From positions 2,304,001 through 2,368,000 of the forward strand of contig OY782781.1 of assembly GCA_963678315.1 (NCBI GenBank): a stretch of 64,000 nt of DNA. The letters are read 5' to 3'. The translations under genes and the position numbers were made by a program. Shown piece by piece: positions 47,856 to 58,538 of this stretch. The notes under the pieces were generated by a model. It was not told the DNA's origin. It made no database searches and worked only from the letters and a program-made list of their open reading frames with translations. The first letter of the stretch is position 1. Every line of letters begins with the position of its first letter. The DNA is from Candidatus Cloacimonadales bacterium. GTDB taxonomy: Bacteria > Cloacimonadota > Cloacimonadia > Cloacimonadales > JAFGVF01.

Positions 47856-50570
47856 ATGAAAAAAAAACTTATTGTATTATTATTTCTAATTGTCTGTTTT
47901 TATGCACAGGCACTTATTGATCTAAACACGGCGTCCTACGAAGAGTTGAAAACTCTTCCGATTACACAGAAACAAGCTAAAGATATCTACGAATATAGAG
48001 AGTTCGTAAGTTTCTTTAAAAGTATTTTTGATTTAAGGAATATTGATTCTGTAGATCAAGAAACTCTACTCGAAATTAGGCCACTTGTTAAAGTCAGCCA
48101 TTATACTGATGTTGACGAAACTGCTCAAAGAAGAGAAGAAATCGGATATCTACTTGAAAGATTAGGTAACAGTGAAGGTTCTTCTGAGGGTATGAATGAC
48201 ATCTGGCAAGATTTCTTAATGTCACCTCAAAATATAAATTCCATGCTTTATGAAGATCTCATTAGTATTCCTAATGTGTCTTCAGTTGACGCTGTTGCTA
48301 TTCTCAATAGAAGAGCAATGGGTGATTCATTAAAGAGTGTTAGAGATATTAGAACATCTCAAGGTATTTCATATTATGGTTATTCAAATTTAAAACACTA
48401 TGTATTCTTTGAAGATCCTAAAGAAAATCGCAGAATGTTTGTAGATTATCAATTTAAAGCTGAATCTCAAAACTTTGAAGATGATGCAATTGACATGTAC
48501 AAGCAACCTATGCTAAGAGATACTTACCAAGTTGATTATGATGATTTAACTGACATCCAAAATGAATATCGACGCAAAGATAATTCTTATTGGGGTTACT
48601 TTAATCTAGGAGCTTACAGCCCTGCTGTTACTAATAAATTAAGAGTTAGATATGGTAATCAATTTAAATTTGGTATGATGAATTATTCAGGTAAATCTCT
48701 ACCATCTATGACTGAACAAGATTGGAATACTGTTCGTGATGATAGCAAATATTATGCAGGTTATGAAGATAGTTTCAGGCTTAATAGTCTAGGTTTAGGT
48801 AATGTATTTATCAAGTCATATCTTGGTAATTACAGAGCAACTTATGGTGAAGGTCTTGTAATGGAAAACACAGACTTCTACTCACCTAGAAAGACAGGAC
48901 ATGGCTTCTCAAAAAGAATCTTGGGTATTACACCAGATCTTTCTAAAACTCAAGAATACGCTCTCAAAGGTGGTGCTGTTGAATTAAAGAATAATTATTT
49001 CACAGCTAGCATGTTCTATTCAAAAGATAAGAAAGATGCATTAGTTTACATGGAAAGAGTTGAAGATGAAGACGGTAATGTTCACTCTGTTCCAGTAAAA
49101 GATGAAAATGGTAACTACAAAGTATTCTCATATATAAACTCAACAGTAAGATTTGATAATGAAGATTTAGCTGAAGCTGAAGTTCACTTAAATAATGAGA
49201 CATCAATAACAGGTCCTACTTATAATGGTGGCACTACTGGTTATAATATTGATTATATAAATCTTGCACCAAGAAGAGATATCATGAATGAAGAGATACT
49301 TGGAACACATTTACAAGTAAATCCATTTATTGGCACTCATATAGGTTTTACTACTTATACAGCTGTTTATGATAATGCCGAATTCATGGTTCCTGAGGGT
49401 CAGGATTTGATTTCATTACTATTAAGAGATGAATCAACTTACGATAAATGGAAACTTCCTAGTAACGAAATCGAAGCTATGTATTCTACAAAAACGGATT
49501 CTTATGACAAAGATTATAGAAGAGTTATTGGTTTTGATGCTGGTACTGTAATTAATAATGTAGCTATTGATGGTGAGTATGCTGAGTTATCAGTTGACGG
49601 CGATGATATGAAACTAGGTGATGATCCTAAAGCTTATATAGCTAAAGCGCATACTCAATACAACAATGTTTATTTCTTAACTCTTTATCGTCATTATGAC
49701 TTAGATTTCGACAATCCTTATTCAAATGCTTTTGCAGAACATAATAGATATGATGATACAGCTTTTGATAAGATTACTTACGGAATGACTAACCCTCTAA
49801 TCTCAGATGTTTACTACAACTCTTCTCAAGCTCAAGCAGAAGAAGGTGTCTACTTTGAGACTAGATATCAGTTCCATAGAAACTTCATTCTTGGTAGAAC
49901 TTATTTAGATATTTGGGAAAGACTTTCAGATGCTAGAAATAGTGTTAGATTCCAAAGTGAACTCGAATACAGAGCTTTCCATCAACTAAGGTTTAAACTT
50001 AAATATAAAAACCAAACAAATAGATATGCTGATGATGCTGATAGAGGTGTTTCTAAAACACAAGAATATACTCTTTCTGCTAGAATGCTTCTATCTAATA
50101 GAGATTACTTAGATATTGAGTATAGATATAACACAGTAAAATCTCCTCCTTATGTATCACTTACTAATCCTGTCCAAGAAGGCGACAACTCTCACGCTCA
50201 AGCTATGACTTTAATGAATGGTGACTATATTGCAGCAAATTATACTCACTACTTCAGCCCTAAGCTAAAAGTACGTGGATCTGTGTGCTTCTGGAATGGT
50301 TATGATTTATCACATTGGGACTGGGAAGATGTTGAACTTGACTTCATGGGAGACAGAGGATTTAAATACTGGTTCTCAATTCAAGATCAAGTATCTGAAA
50401 ATATCTATGTTGCTTTTAAATACAAAAACAAATTTTATCGTACTCAAGAAATGTTTATAAGAAAATATAACAGTACAGATGATCCTTCTCTTGATGGTAT
50501 GCAAACATATTATGACAGAGTAGAGAAAAAAGACCATACATTTAGAATACAAATAGACTATAGATTTTAA
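47856..50570 (+). CDS. Exported protein with two ComEA-type helix-hairpin-helix modules and a predicted C-terminal outer-membrane beta-barrel
   Basis: Signal peptide (AQA); IDLNTASYEELKTLP...AKDIYEYRE...FKSIFDL and QNINSMLYEDLISIPNV...ILNRR; amphipathic aromatic strands; terminal QIDYRF. Confidence 0.8.
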   Translation: MKKKLIVLLFLIVCFYAQALIDLNTASYEELKTLPITQKQAKDIYEYREFVSFFKSIFDLRNIDSVDQETLLEIRPLVKVSHYTDVDETAQRREEIGYLLERLGNSEGSSEGMNDIWQDFLMSPQNINSMLYEDLISIPNVSSVDAVAILNRRAMGDSLKSVRDIRTSQGISYYGYSNLKHYVFFEDPKENRRMFVDYQFKAESQNFEDDAIDMYKQPMLRDTYQVDYDDLTDIQNEYRRKDNSYWGYFNLGAYSPAVTNKLRVRYGNQFKFGMMNYSGKSLPSMTEQDWNTVRDDSKYYAGYEDSFRLNSLGLGNVFIKSYLGNYRATYGEGLVMENTDFYSPRKTGHGFSKRILGITPDLSKTQEYALKGGAVELKNNYFTASMFYSKDKKDALVYMERVEDEDGNVHSVPVKDENGNYKVFSYINSTVRFDNEDLAEAEVHLNNETSITGPTYNGGTTGYNIDYINLAPRRDIMNEEILGTHLQVNPFIGTHIGFTTYTAVYDNAEFMVPEGQDLISLLLRDESTYDKWKLPSNEIEAMYSTKTDSYDKDYRRVIGFDAGTVINNVAIDGEYAELSVDGDDMKLGDDPKAYIAKAHTQYNNVYFLTLYRHYDLDFDNPYSNAFAEHNRYDDTAFDKITYGMTNPLISDVYYNSSQAQAEEGVYFETRYQFHRNFILGRTYLDIWERLSDARNSVRFQSELEYRAFHQLRFKLKYKNQTNRYADDADRGVSKTQEYTLSARMLLSNRDYLDIEYRYNTVKSPPYVSLTNPVQEGDNSHAQAMTLMNGDYIAANYTHYFSPKLKVRGSVCFWNGYDLSHWDWEDVELDFMGDRGFKYWFSIQDQVSENIYVAFKYKNKFYRTQEMFIRKYNSTDDPSLDGMQTYYDRVEKKDHTFRIQIDYRF

Positions 50571-50582
50571 TGGAGGATTGTA

Positions 50583-52034
50583 ATGATAAAGAAGATTCTA
50601 GTTTTATTAATAATATTAATTGTGGGAAGCTTAAGTGCTTATTCGCTTAGTCAATATGCTTACGGAACAAGAGCTCAAGCATTTGACGCTACTTCTTATG
50701 GAATGGCTAATACAGGTGCAGCAGGTTCTAATTCTCCATTAGGCATAGCCTTAAATGCTAACAATCTATTTACCCAAAAAGGAGATATTGGCTTTCAAGT
50801 AAGTTCTTCTGTTCTTAAAAATGAAGAAAAACGTTCATTCCCAATGTACGATTCATTTGATTCTTACTTTAATGAATCAACTTATATTTCTAATGAAAAC
50901 TTGTATTTCAACCTTGGGGTAGCAACTTATGCAAAATATAAATTACAAAGTGATATGTATCTTGGAATGGGTGTTTACTACCAACCTAAATACATTTTTG
51001 ATGCTGACTATTTAGAAGAAGTTAGAAACAATCGTAATTCAGATGATGATGGTTACCCTGAAAAAATAGCAGAGAATAGTATCAACAATGAAGGTTCTCT
51101 TGACGCTTTTGGTTTAGCTTTCGCATACAAGCTTGAAGCAAATGTTCCTTATCTAAAATCACTTGCTCTTGGTGCAAATATAGAGATGTTAGATGGAAAT
51201 GCAGATAATGAAACTGAAGTATTTTGGACTAATTGGGCTCATGAAACAGCTGGTTATGGTAGCTTACCTAACTATAAAAACACTATTTCTAGAGACCTAT
51301 CAGGAATAAATATTCAAGCTAATTTAACTTACGAAATTAACCACAGAACTTCATTCGCTTTTTCTTATACTCCTTCAACAGAGATTGAAGTAGATGGAAC
51401 CTATGAACGCGAGTTATATACTACTTACGAAGATAGCTTACATACTCTAGAGCTTCCTATGTCTTTACAAGATACTGTAATGTCAAACTTCTATATGAAT
51501 AACTACGACTTACCTTCATCAATGAGATTTGCTCTTCAATTCAGACCTAGAAATATCTTAAGAACTGTTATTAACTTTGAAATTGAAGCAGTTAATTGGT
51601 CTGATACTAATGACTTGTTTGATGATGAATTCAATTACTATGTTGGTGCTGAACATCAAATTATTGAAACAGTACCTGTGAGAATTGGTTTTAGCCAAAC
51701 AACTTCTTATATGGTTAGTTTTGAAAGTGATGTAGTTAATGAAGGTACAGCTGATGAAGAAGATGTTGTCTATACCTACGCTACTAGAATTCAAACTCCT
51801 GCAGTTTCTATAGGCTCAGGTTTCGAATTCTCTGAAAAAGTAAGAATGGATCTTGGTCTTAAATATTCTTTCACTGAATACGAGACTTTAGACCTTTTCC
51901 CAGACACTTTCTACGATTATTCTGCTTTATGGCCTAATAGTCATATTGATCTACAAGATAGAGATTGGACTAATCCTGACACTGTAAAAGAAAATACATT
52001 TGATTTAATGATGTCGTTAACTTATGACTTTTAA
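50583..52034 (+). CDS. Outer-membrane beta-barrel, FadL/PorV-like
   Basis: Signal peptide; ATSYGMANTGAA...ALNANNL N-terminal hatch-like motif; alternating strands; terminal SLTYDF. Confidence 0.72.
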   Translation: MIKKILVLLIILIVGSLSAYSLSQYAYGTRAQAFDATSYGMANTGAAGSNSPLGIALNANNLFTQKGDIGFQVSSSVLKNEEKRSFPMYDSFDSYFNESTYISNENLYFNLGVATYAKYKLQSDMYLGMGVYYQPKYIFDADYLEEVRNNRNSDDDGYPEKIAENSINNEGSLDAFGLAFAYKLEANVPYLKSLALGANIEMLDGNADNETEVFWTNWAHETAGYGSLPNYKNTISRDLSGINIQANLTYEINHRTSFAFSYTPSTEIEVDGTYERELYTTYEDSLHTLELPMSLQDTVMSNFYMNNYDLPSSMRFALQFRPRNILRTVINFEIEAVNWSDTNDLFDDEFNYYVGAEHQIIETVPVRIGFSQTTSYMVSFESDVVNEGTADEEDVVYTYATRIQTPAVSIGSGFEFSEKVRMDLGLKYSFTEYETLDLFPDTFYDYSALWPNSHIDLQDRDWTNPDTVKENTFDLMMSLTYDF

Positions 52035-52058
52035 TCAATAACCCAAATGGTGACACAT

Positions 52059-53708
52059 ATGAAGAAAATATATATATTATTTATATTAGTTGCTTTAAGC
52101 TCAATGCTATTCTCTGAGAACCTCAGATTAGACATCATGTTTTCTAACGATGTACATGGTGGCATTGATAGAGATGAAGCGACTTTTATGAACCCAGAGT
52201 TCCCTCCAAAACTTGGAGGAGGAGCATCACATGCAACACTTATCAAGCATGTGAGAAGTCTCAAGAATGAAAACAGAGATAATTTGCTTTTGGATGCTGG
52301 AGACTTTTTCCAAGGTCATCCAGTTGGTACCGTAACTAACGGCAAAGCAGTAATGAAATACTATAATATGATTGGTTATGATGCTTTAACTATTGGTAAC
52401 CATGAATACGATATTCCAGAAGATAAGTTAGTAGAAACTCTTCAATTAGCTGAATTCCCTATTCTTTCCTGTAATATTGTCAATAGACAAACTGGCCAAC
52501 TTGTAGATTATGTTGAGCCATATATTATGGTAGAAAAAATGGGTGTAAGAATTGCTATTATTGGGCTTACAACTGTTGATACAGAGTTAATGAGTTTTCC
52601 TGAAAATATCAAGAATATTGATGTCTTAGACGAAATCGAAACACTTACCAAGTATGTTAAGATAGTTCGTGAAGACGAGAATGCAGATGTTGTTTTAGTG
52701 CTTGGTCACATGGGACTCCCATACGACCCTCAAGAAGCTTATGACAGAAGATACAAGAACGATGAAGTAGTTAAGAAGACCAAATATTATGGATGGGATT
52801 CACAAGAAATTCTACATAATGTTCCAGGTGTTGACCTGTTAATTGGTGGACACATGCATAAAGGTTTTAAAGAACCTTGGATTGACCCTGTTACCCATGG
52901 TATGGCAATCCAAGGATATGCTTTTGGATCTAATCTTGGTTGGTTAACTCTTACTATTGATAAAGATTCAAAGACTGTTTCTGGTTATGAATTACCATCT
53001 CACTATAATGGACTTCTTATAAGTATGTTTGAAGATGAATTCCCATTGGATAAAGAAATTGATGAATTAATCTCAGCAGAAAAGAAGATTGCAGAAAAAG
53101 GTATGGACGATGTAATTGGTATGGCTGAAGTCAGTCTTAATAGAATCAATGTTGATGCTCAATCCTTAATGGGAAACACTGTAGCGGATGCTATGAGACT
53201 AGAAAGTGGAGCTGATTTCTCATTCATTAATCTTGGTGGTATACGTGCTGAAATACAAGCTGGACCTGTAACTTATAGAGATATCTTTTCAGTTATGCCC
53301 TTTGATAATCAATTAATCGCATTTAAATGTGATGGACTCTTCCTAAAGAAGATTATTGAAACTAGAGTTGCCGGTTCAAGACATGGACTAGTTACTTCTG
53401 GTGGAAAAGTTGTCTATTCTAAAGAAAGAGAAGATTTCGATAGAGTTACAACCTTATTGATTAATGGTGAAGAATGGCAACCAAACAAAATATATACTGT
53501 AGCAACTACAGACTTCCTTATGCAAGGTAATGCTGGTCTATCACTCTTAACAAAAGTGAAGGAAGAAAATATTATTCGCATGGAGACAAATCTCAGAGAT
53601 GCAATTGCTAATCATTTCAGAAAACGATCTCCTATTGAAACAGAAATAGATTCACGTTGGAATCGTAATGATAGTTCTACTCCTGAATCATATTTGAAGG
53701 TGGATTAA
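52059..53708 (+). CDS. Exported 5'-nucleotidase / UDP-sugar hydrolase (UshA/CpdB family)
   Basis: Signal peptide; NDVHG, DAGDFFQG, GNHEYD, GHMG, GGHMH, NLGGIR, PFDN. Start at ATG 52059. Confidence 0.92.
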   Translation: MKKIYILFILVALSSMLFSENLRLDIMFSNDVHGGIDRDEATFMNPEFPPKLGGGASHATLIKHVRSLKNENRDNLLLDAGDFFQGHPVGTVTNGKAVMKYYNMIGYDALTIGNHEYDIPEDKLVETLQLAEFPILSCNIVNRQTGQLVDYVEPYIMVEKMGVRIAIIGLTTVDTELMSFPENIKNIDVLDEIETLTKYVKIVREDENADVVLVLGHMGLPYDPQEAYDRRYKNDEVVKKTKYYGWDSQEILHNVPGVDLLIGGHMHKGFKEPWIDPVTHGMAIQGYAFGSNLGWLTLTIDKDSKTVSGYELPSHYNGLLISMFEDEFPLDKEIDELISAEKKIAEKGMDDVIGMAEVSLNRINVDAQSLMGNTVADAMRLESGADFSFINLGGIRAEIQAGPVTYRDIFSVMPFDNQLIAFKCDGLFLKKIIETRVAGSRHGLVTSGGKVVYSKEREDFDRVTTLLINGEEWQPNKIYTVATTDFLMQGNAGLSLLTKVKEENIIRMETNLRDAIANHFRKRSPIETEIDSRWNRNDSSTPESYLKVD

Positions 53709-53712
53709 TCTA

Positions 53713-54390
53713 GTGAATATTCTTGCAATTGATACTTCTAATAATTCAGGAAGTATTGCTCTTCAAATAAACAAAGAAATACGTTTTAGTTGTTTCTTTA
53801 ATATAAAGATTACTCATTCAGAAACTTTAATGCCTGAGATAGCTCGGGCATTGAGCTTCTGTAATCTGAAAGTTAGTGATTTAAACGCTATTGCTATTGC
53901 TATTGGGCCTGGATCATTTACAGGACTTAGAATTGGATTAGCCTCAGCTAAGGGGCTAGCTCTTGCCAATAAGATTCCTATTATAGCAATTTCTTCCCTA
54001 AAGGTTCAAGCAATGAACTTCTACAAATGTTCTAGAGATATTTTGGTAGTTCAAGATGCTAGGATGAAAGAATTATATGTTGCTAAATACGACCAATATT
54101 TGAATGAAGTAATTCCAGCAAAATGTATCAAACCAATCGAGTTTTCAGAATATGCAGATAATAAAACAATAATTTGTGGTACTGCTGTTTCTACTTACAA
54201 AGACACTTTCAATAAAATTGCTAATGCTGAAATCAATGAATTAGCAGAGAAGAATTCACCGAGAGCAGAATCAATGTTTTCAATTATTGAAATTGAACAT
54301 ATTAATCCTGCTTTTGATTTTGATGAAATATCAAAATTAGAACCTTATTATATAAGAAAGTCTCAAGCAGAAATAAATTATAGATTATAA
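53713..54390 (+). CDS. tsaB: tRNA threonylcarbamoyladenosine biosynthesis protein TsaB
   Basis: ILAIDTS, HSE.LMP, GPGSFTGLRIG, DARMKE, EPYYIR. Confidence 0.95.
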   Translation: MNILAIDTSNNSGSIALQINKEIRFSCFFNIKITHSETLMPEIARALSFCNLKVSDLNAIAIAIGPGSFTGLRIGLASAKGLALANKIPIIAISSLKVQAMNFYKCSRDILVVQDARMKELYVAKYDQYLNEVIPAKCIKPIEFSEYADNKTIICGTAVSTYKDTFNKIANAEINELAEKNSPRAESMFSIIEIEHINPAFDFDEISKLEPYYIRKSQAEINYRL

Positions 54391-54445
54391 GCTTGACAAA
54401 TTCTTATAAACTATTTAGTCGATATTATTATATTTTGGAGTTAAT

Positions 54446-55483
54446 ATGTTTTTACAAAGACTTTTTAGTAAATTATCTAATGACATAGCTATAGATTTGG
54501 GGACTGCAAATACCCTTGTATATAAAAAAAACGCTGGTATAGTTATTAACGAACCATCAGTTGTATCACTCAGTTCTGATTCAAAGAAGATTCTTGCAAT
54601 TGGTACTGATGCGAAAGAGATGCTGGGTAAGAATCCAGCTGAAGTTAATGTTATAAAACCATTAAAAGATGGTGTTATTGCTGACTTTCAAGTTACCGAA
54701 ATTATGTTAAGAAACCTTATTCTTAGAGCACAAAAGAATAAATTCCATATAAGACCGAGAGTTATAGTATGTGTCCCTTCTGGAATCACTGAAGTGGAGA
54801 AAAGAGCTGTTAGAGATAGTGCTTTACATGCAGGCTCTCGAGACGTTTATCTTGTTTCAGAACCAATAGCAGCTGCAATAGGTGCAGATTTACAGATACA
54901 AAAACCTTTTGGTAACTTAATTATGGATATAGGTGGTGGAACAAGTGAGATTGCTGTTATTTCATTATCACACATTGTTGTGCACAATTCAATTAGAGTT
55001 GGTGGAGACTCTTTAGATCTTGATATCGTGAATCACCTTAGAAAGAAAAATAACCTGTATGTAGGTATTCAAACTGCAGAGTTAATAAAGAAACGCGTCG
55101 GTTCATGTGTTCCTTTGGAAGAAGAGCTTACAATGAATGTTTCAGGAAGAGATATCGTTAGTGGTTACCCAGTAACTATAACTATAACTTCAGAAGAGAT
55201 AAGAGAAGCAATCAGTGATACTGTTGATATAATGATTGACGCAATCAAGAAACTTTTTGAAAAAACTGCTCCTGAATTGGCATCTGATATTGCTTCCCGA
55301 GGTGTATTCCTTACTGGAGGAGGAGCTCTTCTAAGAGGATTAGATGAAAAGATTAAACAAACTGTTGATTTACCAGTTCATGTAGTTCCAGACCCGCTCA
55401 CATGTGTTGTCAAAGGTTCTGGTAGGATTTTAGATAATATTGAAGAATACAAAGAAGTTCTTATTAAAAAGATTGAAGACTAG
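54446..55483 (+). CDS. mreB: Rod shape-determining protein MreB
   Basis: IDLGTANT, EPSVV, GVIADF, DIGGGTSE, LTGGGALL. Confidence 0.97.
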   Translation: MFLQRLFSKLSNDIAIDLGTANTLVYKKNAGIVINEPSVVSLSSDSKKILAIGTDAKEMLGKNPAEVNVIKPLKDGVIADFQVTEIMLRNLILRAQKNKFHIRPRVIVCVPSGITEVEKRAVRDSALHAGSRDVYLVSEPIAAAIGADLQIQKPFGNLIMDIGGGTSEIAVISLSHIVVHNSIRVGGDSLDLDIVNHLRKKNNLYVGIQTAELIKKRVGSCVPLEEELTMNVSGRDIVSGYPVTITITSEEIREAISDTVDIMIDAIKKLFEKTAPELASDIASRGVFLTGGGALLRGLDEKIKQTVDLPVHVVPDPLTCVVKGSGRILDNIEEYKEVLIKKIED

Positions 55484-55485
55484 CG

Positions 55486-56271
55486 TTGAAAAAATATCCT
55501 GTATTATATTTTGCTTTATTAGTATTATCAATAATTTCTATTTTCGGTTCAAATGATTTACAAATCTTGAAGTCTCAAATGGCTTCAAGATTCATTGTTT
55601 TACCTATGATTGAGACCTTAGACTATTTCAAAACTCTTCAACATAGAGATGCTGAAATTGATTCTTTGAAGGTTAAATTAATTAATGAAAAGCAGCACAA
55701 TGATTTTCTTAATAGTGAAATAATTAAATTAGCTTTAGAATTACGTCTTAAAGATAGTTATTTCACTCAAGTTGATTCCCTAATGAATCAATTTAATTAT
55801 ATTTCGGCAAAGGTAATATCAAACTCTTATGCGGATAACAATAAGATACTAGTTCTTGATAAAGGACTTTTAGATAATATTAAGATTAATGATGCTGTCG
55901 TAAGTACAGAAGGCATTGTTGGTAAAGTTATAGCTGTACAAAGTACTAGCAGTACAGTTTTACCTTTTGTGAATAATAATTCTATGTTCTCAGTTATGAA
56001 TAATAAAAATGTTCAAGGTATTTTGCAAACAGATTTCAATGGCCATGTTAAAATGAGTTTTATTGAAAAGAATTCAGATATAAGTCCTGGAGACACTCTT
56101 TATACATCAAATTTATCAATGATATTTAAAGACTATTATACTCCAGTTGGAAGAGTAGAATCAGTCCAACTTGCAAAAAATGAACTTTACTTAGAAGCTT
56201 CTATTGTTCCTTTTACTGAAGTAAATAACTTAACTACTGTTTTTATTATAAAGAAGAACCCTGATGAGTAG
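55486..56271 (+). CDS. mreC: Rod shape-determining protein MreC
   Basis: TM plus coiled coil, LDKG, GIVGKV, GDTLYTS; synteny. Confidence 0.9.
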   Translation: MKKYPVLYFALLVLSIISIFGSNDLQILKSQMASRFIVLPMIETLDYFKTLQHRDAEIDSLKVKLINEKQHNDFLNSEIIKLALELRLKDSYFTQVDSLMNQFNYISAKVISNSYADNNKILVLDKGLLDNIKINDAVVSTEGIVGKVIAVQSTSSTVLPFVNNNSMFSVMNNKNVQGILQTDFNGHVKMSFIEKNSDISPGDTLYTSNLSMIFKDYYTPVGRVESVQLAKNELYLEASIVPFTEVNNLTTVFIIKKNPDE

Positions 56272-56755
56272 CATAATATTAGTAATTTTAACTTTAGTTT
56301 CATCTTTCTATCAAGCCTTATTCATTAACGAATATACACTAGGAATTTACGTTCCAAACATAGTACTATCATTGTTTATATTCTCTCATCATATTTCAAA
56401 TAAGTACACACATCTGATTACTTTTTTTATCATTGGGCTTGTATTAGACAGTTTAAACCCTATTATGTTCGGGACTAATACTCTGTCATTTATGCTTTTA
56501 ATCAGCTTAAATAATACATTAAAGGCTCATTTTTCTTTAGATTTAGTTGTTAATCGTTTACTTCAGATTTTTGCTATTAATCTAATCTATTATGGATTAT
56601 ATTTTATTAATTATGCAATTAGATTCGAGATAGATTTCATCTCTTCCCTACTTTTCCAACTTCTTGGGATCTTAATCAACTTCGTAATTACTCTTATTCT
56701 CTTTTTCATATTTGACTTAATTATTCATTTAAAACTAGACTTTAATGAAAACTAG
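56264..56755 (+). CDS. mreD: Rod shape-determining protein MreD
   Basis: Hydrophobic; PN, GLVLD, FG motifs; lies between mreC and mrdA. Confidence 0.82.
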   Translation: MSSIILVILTLVSSFYQALFINEYTLGIYVPNIVLSLFIFSHHISNKYTHLITFFIIGLVLDSLNPIMFGTNTLSFMLLISLNNTLKAHFSLDLVVNRLLQIFAINLIYYGLYFINYAIRFEIDFISSLLFQLLGILINFVITLILFFIFDLIIHLKLDFNEN

Positions 56756-58538
56756 TATTTCAACAACATTTGTATTGCGGATAGTAGTTATAACAGCATT
56801 CTGCTTGCTATTATCTTTTTTATTTATCTTACAGATTATCCATGGACAGACATATAAAGAATATGCTGAAAACAATTATGTTCGTAAGCATATTATCAAT
56901 GCTAAACGTGGAGAAATCTTTGATAGAAACGGACAGCCTATTGTTCAAAATTACCCTTCTGTCAATCTAGTAACAATTCCTCAATTCATCAATAACCTAG
57001 ACTCATTAAAGATTTTCTTAAATACTAATTTTTCCATTAGTGATACAGAAGTTGATAGTCTTTTATATGAAGCAAGATTTAGAAGGTATAAGAAGAATAT
57101 ACTAATCGATAACCTCTCTACGGAACAAATTGCAACAATTGCTGAGAATCTTAACTACTACCCTTCATTAAGCTTAGAAATTGGTAATACTAGGAAATAC
57201 CAAATAGCAAATCATTTCACTGGTTATATTGGCAGAATCAATTCCAAAGAGTATAAGAGCTTAAAAAATGAAGGCTACGATTTTAACAGCTATCTTGGCA
57301 AAACCGGCATTGAAAAGCAATATGAATCATATCTAAAAGGTTCCAACGGTATAGGCCTGACCCTAGTAGATGCTAAAGGTAGAGATTTAAAGCTGTTTAC
57401 AGATATTTCTAATAGAGAAGATTTAATATATAAGCCAGCAATTGATGGAATGAACATCAACTTAACACTTGATTTAAACTTGCAGAGTCATGTTGATTCA
57501 CTGTTTAAGGATAACCAGCAAGGTGCAGCTATTGTAATTGATTATAAGACTGGAGAAATATTAGCCTATGTGTCCAAGCCTTCAATGGATCAGAATATCT
57601 TCATGTCGAGAATCAGCCAAGATCAATGGCAGAGTATTCAAGCAGATACTTTAAAACCATTTCTTGATAGAGTAAGCAACGCTAATTATCCTCCAGGATC
57701 TGTTTTTAAGATTGTTTCTTCAGGATTTGGTTTAGATTTCGATTTAGTAAATCGCTGGACTGAGCTTAGCTATTGTGATGGAGGTATGCAAATAGGTGAT
57801 AGATATGTTAAATGCTGGAACCATTATGGTCATGGAAGGTTGAACGTCGTAGAAGCATTAAAATATTCGTGTGATGTTTATTTCTATGATTTATCAATGA
57901 AAATTAACCTTGATGATTTTCGCTACTATGTAAAAGACTGTATGCTAACCCAGAAAACAGGTATTGATTTACCCACTGAAGCAAAAGGTTTTTTCCCTTC
58001 TGAAAAATGGTACAAATCCACCTATGGAAAATACACTTCAATAAAAGGGCACATGGTTATACTTTCTATAGGGCAGGGTGAAGTTTTTGTTACTCCATTA
58101 CAAGTATGTTCTCTGTATGGAGCAGTAGCCAACAATGGAGTATGGAAGAAACCCCATCTATTCAAACAAGCTAGCCGTAATGATGAAAAACTTTTATATG
58201 AGGAAATAGAATCTAATACAAGTGTAGATTTACCTTTTAAAGATTCAACACTTCCAATAATCCAAGAAGGTTTAAGAGCAGTTGTGAACGAGAATGGTGG
58301 AACTGCTAGAATGTTAGATTTTCCAGGAAGACATATTTATGGTAAAACAGGTTCAGCTGAACATAAAAAAGGACGTTTAACTCATGGCTGGTTTGCAGGC
58401 TATGATACAGATACTGGTATTGCTGTGGTTACTTTTAGACAAGAGGCTGGTCATGGAGGAAGTGTCGCTGTTCCTATTGCTAAAGATATTTTTGAATTTT
58501 ACTACAATTACTTAGAGAGCAAAAATGATAAAAAATAA
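56745..58538 (+). CDS. mrdA: Penicillin-binding protein 2
   Basis: RGEIFDRNG, YPPGSVFK (SxxK), SCDVYFY (SxD), GKTGSAE (KTG). Confidence 0.95.
   Translation: MKTSISTTFVLRIVVITAFCLLLSFLFILQIIHGQTYKEYAENNYVRKHIINAKRGEIFDRNGQPIVQNYPSVNLVTIPQFINNLDSLKIFLNTNFSISDTEVDSLLYEARFRRYKKNILIDNLSTEQIATIAENLNYYPSLSLEIGNTRKYQIANHFTGYIGRINSKEYKSLKNEGYDFNSYLGKTGIEKQYESYLKGSNGIGLTLVDAKGRDLKLFTDISNREDLIYKPAIDGMNINLTLDLNLQSHVDSLFKDNQQGAAIVIDYKTGEILAYVSKPSMDQNIFMSRISQDQWQSIQADTLKPFLDRVSNANYPPGSVFKIVSSGFGLDFDLVNRWTELSYCDGGMQIGDRYVKCWNHYGHGRLNVVEALKYSCDVYFYDLSMKINLDDFRYYVKDCMLTQKTGIDLPTEAKGFFPSEKWYKSTYGKYTSIKGHMVILSIGQGEVFVTPLQVCSLYGAVANNGVWKKPHLFKQASRNDEKLLYEEIESNTSVDLPFKDSTLPIIQEGLRAVVNENGGTARMLDFPGRHIYGKTGSAEHKKGRLTHGWFAGYDTDTGIAVVTFRQEAGHGGSVAVPIAKDIFEFYYNYLESKNDKK

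Noticed and set aside
1747..52264. Numerous short alternative ORFs in the track (e.g. 1747-2028, 2766-2993, 3686-3910, 10325-10609, 20325-20603, 28350-28679, 34367-34660, 38866-39153, 42301-42528, 52031-52264)
   Set aside because: They lie antisense to, or out of frame within, well-supported genes and show no recognisable motifs; shadow ORFs.
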